From: Squalus acanthias
Lineage: Eukaryota
Reading direction: 5' to 3'
DNA: 64,000 nucleotides
Assembly (NCBI GenBank): GCA_030390025.1
Contig: CM059432.1
Location: forward strand, 148,120,001-148,184,000
Shown: positions 1 through 12,576 of the stretch, piece by piece
Numbering within the stretch: the first letter of the stretch is position 1
Layout of the letters: every line of letters begins with the position of its first letter
The notes under the pieces: generated by a model
Databases searched by the model: none
What the model was told of the DNA's origin: nothing
Seen by the model: only the letters and a program-made list of their open reading frames with translations
Translations under genes and position numbers: made by a program

Positions 1-1320
1 GCTTCCAGATGACTTTTTTTTCGTCATGTACATGCCCCCCCGAGGGACACGGGGGGTCAGCTTTTCAAAATATATCAACAGTACCCACCTCTACCCACGG
101 GCCCTCCTCTACCCCCACTGCCAGCCATATTACTGAAGTTCTCTCCTTCCTTTGTTGGGATTTCCATGTATTTGTTTTGATCATAGAATCATAGAATGAT
201 ACAGCACAGAAGCTATTGGGCTATTTGGCCCACCGTGCCTGTGCAGGCTCTGTGGTAGAGCTATCCTGTTAATCCTAATCTCCTGCTCTTTCCCCTTAGC
301 CCTTTCATTTTTTTCCCCTTCAAGTATTAATCTAATTCTCCTTTTGCAAGTTACCATTGAATCTGCTTCCACCGCCCTTTCAGCAGCGCGTTCCAGATCA
401 CAACAACTCGCTGTGTAAAAAATCCATCCTCATGTCGACTCGGGCTCTTTTGCCAATCACCTTAAATCCGTGTCCTCTGGTTACTGGCCCATCTGCCACT
501 GGAAACCGTTTCTCTTTATTTACTCTATCAAAACCTTTCATGATTTTGAACACCTCTATCAAATCTCCTCTTAACCTTCTTTGCTCTAAGTTGAACAACC
601 CCAGCTTCTCCACATAACTGAATTCCCTCACTCCTGGTACCATTCTAGTAAATCTCCTCCGCACCCTCTCCAAGGCCTTGACATCCTTCCTAAAGTGTGG
701 TGCCCAGAATTGGCCACAATACCCCAGCTGAAGCCATAGCCAGCATTTTATAAAAGTTTAGCATAGCTTCCTTGCTTTTGTACTCTACTCCTCTATTAAT
801 AAAGCCAAGGATCCCATATGCTTTTTTAACAGCCTTCTCAACTTGTCCTGCCGCCTTCAAACTTTGTGTACATAGACCCCCAGATCTCTCTGTTCCTGCA
901 CCCCCTTTAAAATTGTACCATTTAGTTTATATTGCCTCTCCTCATTCTTCCTACCAAAATGTATCACTTCACACTTCTCTGCGTTAAATTTCATCTGCCA
1001 TGTGCCCGCCCATTTCACCAGTCTGTCTATGTCCTCCTGGAGCCTGTTATTATGCTCCCTACTGTTTACTACATTTCAGAGTTTCGTATCATCTGCAAAC
1101 ATTGAAATTATGCCCTGTGTACCCAAGTCCAGATCATTAATATTTTTCAAAAAGAGCAGTGGTCCGAATACCGACCCCGGGGAACACCACTTTATACTTC
1201 CCTCCAGTCTGAAAAACAACCCTTCACCACTGCTCTCTGCTTTCTGTCCCTTAGCCAATTTTGTATCCATACTGCCACTGTCCCTTTTATCCCAATGGCT
1301 TTAATTTGGCTAAGAAGTCT

Positions 1321-1779
1321 AAAGAAAGAAAGACTTGCATTTATGTAGCGCCTTTCACGACCGACCACTGGACATCCCAAAGCACTTTACAGCCAATGAA
1401 GTACTTTTTGAAGTGGAGTCACTGTTATAATGTGGGAAACGCGGCAGCCAATTTGCACACAGCAAGCTCCCACAAACAGCAATGTGATAATGACCAGATA
1501 ATCGGCTTTAGTGATGTTGATTGAAGAATAAATATTGGTTAGGACACCGAGGATAACTCCCCTGCTCTCCTTCGAAACAGTGCCACGGGATCTTTTACGT
1601 CCAGAGTAGACGGGGCCTCGGTTTAACATGTCATCCGAAAGACTGCATGCAGCACTCCCTCAGTACTGCAGTGAAGTGTCAGCCTAGATTTTTGTGCTCA
1701 AGTCTCTGGAGTTTGACTTGAAGCCACGACCTTGTGAATCAGAGACAAGGGTGCTACCAACTGAGCCACAGCTGACACT
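1321..1779 (-). mobile_element. tRNA-derived SINE with Deu-like central domain (DeuSINE-like), full length
   Basis: Minus strand head has A box TGGCTCAGTTGG and degenerate B box GGCTTCAAGTC; core GTGGGAGCTTGCTGTGTGCAAATTGGCTGCC; tail GCGCTACATAAATGCAAGTCTTTCTTTCTTT; GTCT on both flanks (possible TSD). Confidence 0.85.
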
Positions 1780-2123
1780 GTCTATTATGTGGTACTTTGT
1801 CAAATTAATATTGAAAGTCCGCATGCACAAAATCAACTGCACTACCCTCATTAACCCTCTCCGTTACTTCATCAAAGAACGCCATCAAGTTAGTCAAACA
1901 CGATTTGCCTTTAACAAATCCGTGCTGACTTTCATTTATCAGCCCATACTTTTCTAAATGCCAATTAAATTTGTTCCGAATGATTGTCTCTACAAGTTTC
2001 CCCACCACTGACATTAGGATGTCTGGCCTGTAGTTGTCGGGTTTATCCCTCTCTCTTTTTTTAAACAGGGGTGTAATATTTGCAATCCTCCAGTCCTCTG
2101 GCACCATCCCCATATTAAAGGAG

Positions 2124-2269
2124 TGAGAAGTCGCACAACACCAGGTTATAGTCCAACAGCTTTATTTGAAATCACAAGCTTTCGGAGCGCTGCTCCTTGG
2201 ACTATAACCTGGTGTTGTGCGACTTCTCACTTTTGTCCACCCCAGTCCAACACCGGCATCTCCGCATCG
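2124..2269. mobile_element. Penelope-like element terminal (pLTR) fragment with inverted duplication
   Basis: 11-bp TSD TATTAAAGGAG (2113-2123, 2270-2280); perfect 35-bp inverted repeat 2122-2156/2197-2231; minus strand carries partial hammerhead AAGGAGCAGCGCTCCGAAAGC; same sequence recurs at 63551-63633. Confidence 0.7.
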
Positions 2270-2789
2270 TATTAAAGGAGGATAGAGAAGATGGTGGCCA
2301 GAGCCTCCGCAATTTCCACCCATACTTCCTCAGTAAACTAAAATGCATCCCATCCGTACTGGATGACTTTTTTATTTTGAGGACTGATAATCATTTAAGT
2401 ACATGCTCTTTATCTATTTTTATCCTATCCAATATCGCTACTGCCTCCTCCTTTCCTGCTACATTGGCAGCATCCTTTTCTCTAGTGAAGACAGATGCAA
2501 AGTACTCATTTAGTGCCTCAGCCGTGGCTTCTGCCTCCACAAGATGATCTCCTTTGTGGTCCCTAATCGGCCCCACCCTTCCTTTGACTCCCCTTTTACT
2601 ATTTATGTGTTCATAAAAGACTTTTGAGTTCCCTTTTATGTTAGCGCTGTTGATCGGCTTAGCGCTGAACAGGTGGGCCAATATCGGGTGCAGTCTACTG
2701 GCCAGTAACGTTTGTCCTAGACTCACCACACTACTTAAAGGGGAGGTGCTTTGTTGCAGCAGCACCTCATTGTCAGTCAGGCTGAAGAC

Positions 2790-5700
2790 GTGGTTCAGCA
2801 ACCGAGGGAGCGAGCACGAAGGTTCTTGGATGCTGCACTGGAAGTCTTGGTGCTGGCCGTACAATGAAGGCGGGCTGTACTGTTCCCGTGGGGTGGTAGG
2901 AAGCCATCCAAGGCCACTTGCAGAAGGCTCTGGGAGGAGATAGCTAACTCCGTCACGGCCACCAGTGTGGTCCCAAGGACATGGATCCAGTGCCGGAAAA
3001 AGTTTAATGACCTCACACGGCAGGTCAAGGTGAGTGAAGGGTTCAGCAAATGCCATATCCCACCATCTGCACCACAGGCCTCACACACCACAGCGCTCAA
3101 TACACCACACACCCAACACTCACCTTCCAACAATCTCTACCTATCTCCACTTATACCGCACAATCACAGCTTCACTTCACCCTCACACACTTACAGCTGC
3201 TGCAACACTCACACGCACATCTCACACCTTGCACACACTGACAGCTATTCAACTATGGCAGGCACATCACCCAAACACATTGCACCACACTCACTGACAC
3301 ACTTCACCCAAACACATTGCATCACACTCACTGACACACACATCACACAAACATATTGCACCACACTCACTGAGACACACATCACCCAAACACATTGCAC
3401 CACACTCACTGACACACACATCACCCAAACACATTACACCACACTCACTGACACACACATCACCCAAACACATTGCACCACACTCACTGACACACATCAC
3501 CCAAACACATTGCACCACACTCACTGACACACTTCACCCAAACACATTGCACCACACTCACTGACACACATCACCCAAACACATTGCACCACACTCACTG
3601 ACACACACATCACCCAAACACAATGCACCACACTCACTGACACACACATCACCCAAACACAATGCACCACACTCACTGACACACACATCACCCAAACACA
3701 ATGCACCACACTCACTGACACAAACATCACCCAAACACATTGCACCGCACTCACTGACACACACATCACTCAAACACATTGCACCACACTCACTGACACA
3801 CACTTCACCCAAACACATTGCACCACACTCACTGACACACTTCACCCAAACACGTTGCACCACACTCACTGACACACTTCACCCAAACACATTGCACCAC
3901 ACTCACTGACACACTTCACCCAAACACATTGCACCACACTCACTGACACACTTCACCCAAACACGTTGCACCACACTCACTGACACACATCACCCAAACA
4001 CATTGCACCACACTCACTGACACACACATCACCCAAACACATTGCACCACACTCACTGACACACACATTCACCTAAACACATTGCACCACACTCACTGAC
4101 ACACACTTCACCCAAACACATTGCACCACACTCACTGACTCACACATCACCCAAACACATTGCACCACACTCACTGACACACACATCACCCAAACACATT
4201 GCACCACACTCACTGACACACACATCACCCAAACACATTGCACCACACTCACTGACACACTTCACCCAAACACATTGCACCACACTCACTGACACACACA
4301 TCACCCAAACACATTGCACCACACTAACTGACACACTTCACCCAAACACATTGCACCACACTCACTGACACACTTCACCCAAACACATTGCACCACACTC
4401 ACTGACACACACATCACCCAAACACATTGCACCACACTCACTGACACACACATCACCCAAACACATTGCACCACACTCACTGACACACACTTCACCCAAA
4501 CACATTGCACCACACTCACTGACACACATCACCCAAACACATTGCACCACACTCACTGACACACTTCACCCAAACACATTGCACCACACTCACTGACACA
4601 CATCACCCAAACACATTGCACCACACTCACTGACACATACATCACCCAAACACAATGCACCACACTCACTGACACACACATCACCCAAACACAATGCACC
4701 ACACTCACTGACACACACATCACCCAAACACAATGCACCACACTCACTGACACAAACATCACCCAAACACATTGCACCGCACTCACTGACACACACATCA
4801 CTCAAACACATTGCACCACACTCACTGACACACACTTCACCCAAACACATTGCACCACACTCACTGACACACTTCACCCAAACACGTTGCACCACACTCA
4901 CTGACACACTTCACCCAAACACATTGCACCACACTCACTGACACACTTCACCCAAACACATTGCACCACACTCACTGACACACTTCACCCAAACACGTTG
5001 CACCACACTCACTGACACACTTCACCCAAACACATTGCACCACACTCACTGACACACTTCACCCAAACACATTGCACCACACTCACTGACACACTTCACC
5101 CAAACACATTGCACCACACTCACTGACACACATCACCCAAACACATTGCACCACACTCACTGACACACACATCACCCAAACACATTGCACCACACTCACT
5201 GACACACACTTCACCCAAACACATTGCACCACACTCACTGACACACTTCACCCAAACACATTGCACCACACTCACTGACACACTTCACCCAAACACATTG
5301 CACCACACTCACTGACACACATCACCCAAACACATTGCACCACACTCACTGACACACTTCACCCAAACACATTGCACCACACTCACTGACACACACATCA
5401 CCCAAACACATTGCACCACACTAACTGACACACTTCACCCAAACACATTGCACCACACTCACTGACACACTTCACCCAAACACATTGCACCACACTCACT
5501 GACACACACATCACCCAAACACATTGCACCACACTCACTGACACACACATCACCCAAACACATTGCACCACACTCACTGACACACACTTCACCCAAACAC
5601 ATTGCACCGCACTCACTGACACACTTCACCCAATCACATTGCACCACACTCACTGACACAGTTCACCCAAACACATTGCACCACACTCACTGACACACTT

Positions 5701-8700
5701 CACCCAAACACATTGCACCACACTCACTGACACACTTCACCCAAACACATTGCACCACACTCACTGACACACTTCACCCAAACACATTGCACCACACTCA
5801 TTGACACACACATCACCCAAACACATTGCACCACACTCACTGACACACACATCACCCAAACACATTGCATCACACTCACTGACACACATCACCCAAACAC
5901 ATTGCACCACACTCACTGACACACACATCACCCAAACACATTGCACCACACTCACTGACACACTTCACCCAAACACATTGCACCACACTCACTGACACAC
6001 ATTACCCAAACACATTGCACCACACTCACTGACACACACATCACCCAAACACATTGCACCACACTCACTGACACACTTCACCCAAACACATTGCACCACA
6101 CTCACTGACACACACATCACCCAAACACATTGCACTACACTCACTGACACACACATCACCCAAACACATTGCACCACACTCACTGACACACACTTCACCC
6201 AAACACATTGCACCACACTCACTGACACACACATCACCCAAACACATTGCACCACACTCACTGACACACACATCACCCAAACACATTGCACCACACTCAC
6301 TGACACACATCACCCAAACACATTGCACCACACTCACTGACACACTTCACCCAAACACATTGCAGCACACTCACTGACACACTTCACCCAAACAACATTG
6401 CACCACACTAACTGACACACATCATCCAAACACATTGCACCACACTCACTGACACACACATCACCCAAACACATTGCACCACACTCACTGACACACACTT
6501 CACCCAAACACATTGCACCGCACTCACTGACACACTTCACCCAATCACATTGCACCACACTCACTGACACAGTTCACCCAAACACATTGCACCACACTCA
6601 CTGACACACTTCACCCAAACACATTGCACCACACTCACTGACACACTTCACCCAAACACATTGCACCACACTCACTGACACACTTCACCCAAACACATTG
6701 CACTACACTCATTGACACACACATCACCCAAACACATTGCACCACACTCACTGACACACACATCACCCAAACACATTGCATCACACTCACTGACACACAT
6801 CACCCAAACACATTGCACCACACTCACTGACACACACATCACCCAAACACATTGCACCACACTCACTGACACACTTCACCCAAACACATTGCACCACACT
6901 CACTGACACACACATCACCCAAACACATTGCACCACACTCACTGACACACACATCACCCAAACACATTGCACCACACTCACTGACACACATCACCCAAAC
7001 ACATTGCACCACACTCACTGACACACTTCACCCAAACACAATGCAGCACACTCACTGACACACTTCACCCAAACAACATTGCACCACACTAACTGACACA
7101 CATCATCCAAACACATTGCACCACACTCACTGACACACTTCACCCAAACACATTGCACCACACTCACTGACACACTTCACCCAATCACATTGCACCACAC
7201 TCACTGACACAGTTCACCCAAACACATTGCACCACACTCACTGACACACTTCACCCAAACACATTGCACCACACTCACTGACACACTTCACCCAAACACA
7301 TTGCACCACACTCACTGACACACTTCACCCAAACACATTGCACCACACTCATTGACACACACATCACCCAAACACATTGCACCACACTCACTGACACACA
7401 CATCACCCAAACACATTGCATCACACTCACTGACACACATCACCCAAACACATTGCACCACACTCACTGACACACACATCACCCAAACACATTGCACCAC
7501 ACTCACTGACACACTTCACCCAAACACATTGCACCACACTCACTGACACACACATCACCCAAACACATTGCACCACACTCACTGACACACACATCACCCA
7601 AACACATTGCACCACACTCACTGACACACATCACCCAAACACATTGCACCACACTCACTGACACACTTCACCCAAACACATTGCAGCACACTCACTGACA
7701 CACTTCACCCAAACAACATTGCACCACACTAACTGACACACATCATCCAAACACATTGCACCACACTCACTGACACACATCACCCAAACACATTGCACCA
7801 CACTCACTGACACACTTCACCCAAACACAATGCAGCACACTCACTGACACACTTCACCCAAACAACATTGCACCACACTAACTGACACACATCATCCAAA
7901 CACATTGCACCACACTCACTGACACACTTCACCCAAACAACATTGCACCACACTAACTGACACACATCACCCAAACACATTGCACCACACTCACTGACAC
8001 ACTTCACCCAATCACATTGCACCACACTCACTGACACAGTTCACCCAAACACATTGCACCACACTCACTGACACACTTCACCCAAACACATTGCACCACA
8101 CTCACTGACACACTTCACCCAAACACATTGCACCACACTCACTGACACACTTCACCCAAACACATTGCACCACACTCATTGACACACACATCACCCAAAC
8201 ACATTGCACCACACTCACTGACACACACATCACCCAAACACATTGCATCACACTCACTGACACACATCACCCAAACACATTGCACCACACTCACTGACAC
8301 ACACATCACCCAAACACATTGCACCACACTCACTGACACACTTCACCCAAACACATTGCACCACACTCACTGACACACACATCACCCAAACACATTGCAC
8401 CACACTCACTGACACACACATCACCCAAACACATTGCACCACACTCACTGACACACATCACCCAAACACATTGCACCACACTCACTGACACACTTCACCC
8501 AAACACATTGCAGCACACTCACTGACACACTTCACCCAAACAACATTGCACCACACTAACTGACACACATCATCCAAACACATTGCACCACACTCACTGA
8601 CACACATCACCCAAACACATTGTACTACACTCACTGACACACTTCCCTTTCTCTTGCAGGCAAAGGTGGCCCAGAACAGGAGGGAGCAGCGGCAGATGGG

Positions 8701-9615
8701 AGGCGGCCAAGCCGCTATACAGAACTTCAGGAGGAAGTCGTGCGTGACATCATTGCGGGGGCAGTGACCGAGGCCGTGTCCACGGGAGAAGTTGAAGCCG
8801 TTGCTGATGATGACGATCTGGTCATTCCTAATCCTTCTTCTCACATCCCACTTCCCCCCTCATCCCACAATCTCTTCTCACTTACAAGCTGCAGGGGGGA
8901 GAGGGTAGCTCGGGGGCCAGCTCCCCGGAGGATGAGTTCGCGCACAAATTCTGCTCAGCACTCAGTTGATGACCTCGATGGGGTGGCCTTCAGAAGGCTG
9001 ATGGGCATGCAGGATGGAAATGATGGACAACTCCAGGAGAGACCTTGTGGACCCAGCCATGATGCTGCGTGTGATGGGCGATGTCACGGCTTCCATTGCA
9101 GCACAGGCGGAAGCGACCCATTATCTCAGTGCTGCAGTAGAAGCACGGACAGCTCTCCTGCAGGCTCAGCTTGCTGCCTCCCAAGCTCAGACTGCTGCTG
9201 CCATCGTGGCTGGGTTTACGAGTGTCGAAAGGGACTTGCAGGGTGTCGCACCAGGCCAGCAATCTGTGCTCTAACAGATTGCTAGGATGCTGAGGCGCCG
9301 CCCCTGGGGAGTGGCAGTGGGTCAGTGGAGCAGGAGCCTGCTGTCCTCTCTCAGGATGACAGCATTCCTGCTCCCACCACTGCCACTCTGCCAGTGCCCT
9401 TGCTGTTGCCTGTCAGCTAGCCAGCCCAGACTGCTGCTGCCCGTGCCGAGGTGGTGCAGTCTACAGCCGGGCCTTCTAGGCGCAGAGCTGGTCGAGGCCA
9501 TCTGTAGTCCCCTCCACTGAAAGCCAGCAGCCTTTCACCAGTCCTGCGTAGGTCCACTAGAGTAGGTAAAGGCACACGATCGACAAGCACTCAGGAATTG
9601 CACAAGGGTGATTAG
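2790..9615 (+). pseudogene. Harbinger Myb/SANT-like DNA-binding protein gene, spliced, decayed
   Basis: Exon 1 2790-3029 RERARRFLDAALEVLV..LWEEIANSV..PRTWIQCRKKFNDLTRQVK (one in-frame stop), donor GTGAGT at 3030, acceptor CTCTTGCAG ending 8659, phase-0 continuation AKVAQNRREQRQMGGG; later Ala-rich helical segment VTASIAAQAEAT..LQAQLAASQAQT. Confidence 0.8.
3263..8646 (+). repeat. 37/39-bp CA-rich minisatellite, about 140 units
   Basis: Unit GACACAC(AC)WTCACCCAAACACATTGCACCACACTCACT; period 37 measured at 5051 to 5088; copy number estimated as length/38. Confidence 0.97.
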
Positions 9616-9626
9616 TTGATTAGTTT

Positions 9627-10238
9627 TGTACTTCTTGCAATTTAGTATACTGTATTCGCTGCTCACGATGCGGTCTCCTCTACATTGGGGAGACCAAACG
9701 CAGATTGGATGAGCGCTTTGCGGAACACCTCAGTTCAGTGCGTAAGGGGCACCCCGAGCTCCCGGTGGCCTGTCACTTTAATTCTCCGCTCCACTCCCAC
9801 TCTGATCTCTCCGTCCTCAGCCTCTTACACTGTTCCACTGAAGCTCAACGTAAGCTCGAGGAACAGCACCTCATCTTTCGATTAGGCACTTTACAGCCTT
9901 CTGGACTCAACATGGAGTTCAACAATTTCAGACTATAACCCCTGCCCCCATGTTTTCAGGCAGCAGCTATTGATGATTCTGCCATCCCCATTTGCAACAT
10001 TTAATCTCTCCTGCCTTCAATCCTAGCACAGATTATTCCTTCAGATTCTCTCCTCCCCTCCCCCCCCCCCCCCTCTCTCCGCCTCTGCACCTCTAGCCTT
10101 TTCCAGTTCTGACGAAGGGTCCCAGACCTGAAACGTTAACTCTGTTTCTCTCTCCACGGATGCTGCCTGGCCTGCTGAGTATTTCCAGCATTTTCTGTTC
10201 TTATTTCAGATTTCCAGCATCCGCAGTACTTTGCTATT
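9627..10238 (+). mobile_element. Penelope-like element 3' end: GIY-YIG endonuclease C-terminus plus pLTR
   Basis: Open frame 9627-9938 CTSCNLVYCIRCSRCGLLYIGETKRRLDERFAEH..PVACHFN..EQHLIFRLGTLQPSGLN; downstream terminal sequence shared with 24660-24712. Confidence 0.9.
10105..10141 (+). ncRNA. Minimal hammerhead ribozyme in Penelope pLTR
   Basis: AGTT-CTGACGA-AGGGTC-CCA-GACCT-GAAA-CGTT-AACT: CUGANGA and GAAA core boxes, stem I AGTT/AACT, stem II, palindromic AACGTT at helix III. Confidence 0.8.
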
Positions 10239-10349
10239 GATTATTTGATATTGTAATGTTGATTGGCTTCTGTTTGGAATGTGTTTTTTGTGCTGTCTCT
10301 CATTTCAGCTTTGTGCCCAGGAGGACGCTGTGATGTCCCGTGACAGAAT

Positions 10350-10900
10350 TATGGTACATCTACAAGGCACAAGTCAGGAGTGTGATGGAATACTCTCCAC
10401 TTGCCTGGATGAGTGCAGCTCCAACAACACTCAAGAAGCTCGACACCATCCAGGACAAAGCAGCCCGCTTGATTGGCACCCCATCCACCACCTTAAACAT
10501 TCACTCTCTCCATCACCGGCGTACCCTGGCTGCAGTGTGTACCATCTACAAGATGCACTGCAGCAACTCGCCAAGGTTTCTTTGGCAGCACCTCCCAAAC
10601 CAGCGACCTCTTCCACCTAGAAGGACAAGGGCAGCAGGTGCATGGGAACACCACCACCTCCAAGTTCCCCTCCAAGTCACACACCATCCTGACTTAGAAG
10701 TATATCGCCGATCCTTCATCATCACTGGGTCAAAATCCTGGAACTCCCTCCCTAACAGCACTTTGGGAATACCTTGACCTCACGGACTGCAGCGGTTCAG
10801 AAGGCGGCTCACCACCACCTTCTCAAGGGCAATTAGGGATGGGCAATAAATGCTGGCCTTGCCAGCGACGCCCACATCCCATAAAAACGAATAAAAAAGA
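10350..10900 (+). mobile_element. Second non-LTR LINE family (clade unresolved, CR1/Jockey-group-like), 3' end
   Basis: IYKAQVRSVMEYSPLAWMSAAPTTLKKLDTIQDKAARLIG..HSLHHRR; 3' UTR GGGCAATAAATGCTGGCCTTGCCAGCGACGCCCACATCCC followed by A-rich tail. Confidence 0.85.
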
Positions 10901-10941
10901 AAGATGGGGAAGTGGTGAGCAACAGGGATCTGGGGTTTCAT

Positions 10942-12075
10942 TCACTGGAATCGGAGTCTGATGAGGTGTTCGCAGACAGCCCGTCCGGAACACGGATGAG
11001 CTGCTTCCTCTTCTCTCCCTCCTCCTCGTCGTCCTCATTCTCGTCCTCGTCATCTTCCTATTTCTCATCCTCCTCCTCCTCCTCCTCCTGAGGTGGTCCC
11101 GCAATCCCTAGTGGCAATGGCTGTGCCCTCATGATGACTAAGTCGTGGAGCATGCAGCAGACCACCACGAGATCGGACTCTCGCTCCGGTGTGTACTGGA
11201 GGGCTTCTCCCGAGTGATCAAGGCAGCAGAACCGTTGCTTGAGCACCCCGATGGTCTGCTCAATGATGTTCCTGGTGGCGGCATGGCTCTCATTATATGA
11301 GTGCTGGGCACGAGCGTTGGGGTTGCGGAGGGGAGTCATCAGCCAGGTGCAGAGTGGATAGCCCCTGTCTCTGAGCAGCAACATGTGGTGGCTGGAAGAT
11401 TGCTGGCACACCGAACTGTCGCAGGACGAAGGCATTATGACTGCTGCCAGGATAGCGGGCATTCACCATCATGATGCCATGGGTGTGGTCACACAACAAC
11501 TGCACATTAAGTGAGTGGTAGCTTTTCCGGTTACAGAACATCTCAGGATTGGTATGCGGTGCCCACAAAGCCACGTGGGTCCACTCTATGGTGCCATGCA
11601 CCCTGGGGAAACCCACTATCTTGGCAAAGCCACATGCTTGTCCTGCTTCTCTCTGTAGTCCCTTCTCCTGGCGTAGAGAGCCTCTGTGACCTCAGGGATG
11701 CAGTGATGGACGGCGAATTAAGAGATGTTAGCGATGACTCCTGCTGCAGACGGGAAGGATCTACTGGCAAAGAAATTGAGGGTCACGATGACCTTGAGGT
11801 CCACTGGGAGAGCCGTGTTCGCCCTGCTCTCAGGCTGCAGGTCTGGTTGCAGGAGGTGGCAAAGTTCTGTGAACACCTCCTTGGTGAAGCAGAGCTCCTA
11901 ATACACTGCTCCTCGCTTAAGTGGATATAAGAGAAGTGCTCGCGGAAGACCCTAGGTGGGTAAGGCCTCCTGCTGAGTGCCCTCCTGGCCCTCCTCCTCC
12001 CTCTGCGCGCATCTTCTCTGCTTCCTCTCCCAAAGATACTCCAGCGCGAGGCCGACTGCAAGTAGAGCCGCCCTT
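10942..12075 (-). pseudogene. Harbinger (HARBI1-like) DDE transposase, frameshifted
   Basis: GFPRVHGTIEWTHV, NRKSYHSLNVQLLCD, VNARYPGSSHNAFVL, LRDRGYPL..WLMTP, YNESHAATRNIIEQTIGVLKQRFCCL, VVCCMLHD, acidic C-terminal tail. Confidence 0.92.
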
Positions 12076-12576
12076 ACTGTGAGCAAGTGGTGTGAGCAGA
12101 AGCCTTTAAATGAGAATGAAGGCATTCTCCACTTGCACCAACACTCCTTGTCACATCAGGAACTTGAAACAAGTTCAGAAAGCTGCAGAAGTTGCAGAAA
12201 GTTCCACAGGGCCGGTCAAACTGAGAAACCGTGTCAGCTGCAAGTGTTGATGACGATCCCTTTAAATATCGTTGCTGGAGTCTCCTTCCTGCTGCTGAAC
12301 ACTTGCTCAGCTGGTCGTGATTAAGAGAGGACAGTAAGTGGAGCGGCGACGGTGAAATGGCAGATCGTGTATGAAGTGAGCGTTGCACACTCATTGACAT
12401 CATAATCTGCCTCATTTCCATTTCTGCAACAAGCGCAGGCACCGGCAGCGCTGCCGACCTGCCCAAAATGGCGGCCACCGTGGAACCCGCAGGAAGCAGG
12501 CAGAAGCGAGGTGGCCGCCATTTTTTCTTCAAAACAAGCCTTAACGGCCGGCGCTAAAATCCTGAATTTCTAGGCC

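Larger units (their letters stand above)
179..2643 (-). mobile_element. CR1-clade LINE, ORF2 reverse-transcriptase region plus 3' UTR, decayed; interrupted by a SINE and a Penelope fragment
   Basis: Reverse-complement (ATTCTATG)n tail at ~181; minus-strand peptides ERVRRRFTRMVPG..RRLRGDLIEVFKIMKG, GSVFGPLLF..INDLD..ISMFADDTKL, QHGFVKGKSCLTNL, ALNEYFASVFTRE; frameshifts and stops. Confidence 0.93.
2644..12576. mobile_element. PIF/Harbinger DNA transposon copy 1 (left end lost), inserted in a CR1
   Basis: Myb/SANT gene on +, convergent DDE transposase on -, terminus GAATTTCTAGGCC at 12564-12576; CR1 ORF2 sequence on both sides. Confidence 0.85.

Noticed and set aside
1..178. Possible exon or ORF at the window start
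   Set aside because: No recognisable peptide or convincing splice context
1690..1779. tRNA gene
   Set aside because: A and B boxes belong to the SINE head and are followed by SINE body; same at ~20680-20739
3263..8646. CRISPR array, or Cys/Val- or His/Thr-rich repeat protein ORFs
   Set aside because: Units are head-to-tail with no unique spacers and no cas genes; the ORFs are by-products of 39-bp units and break at every 37-bp unit
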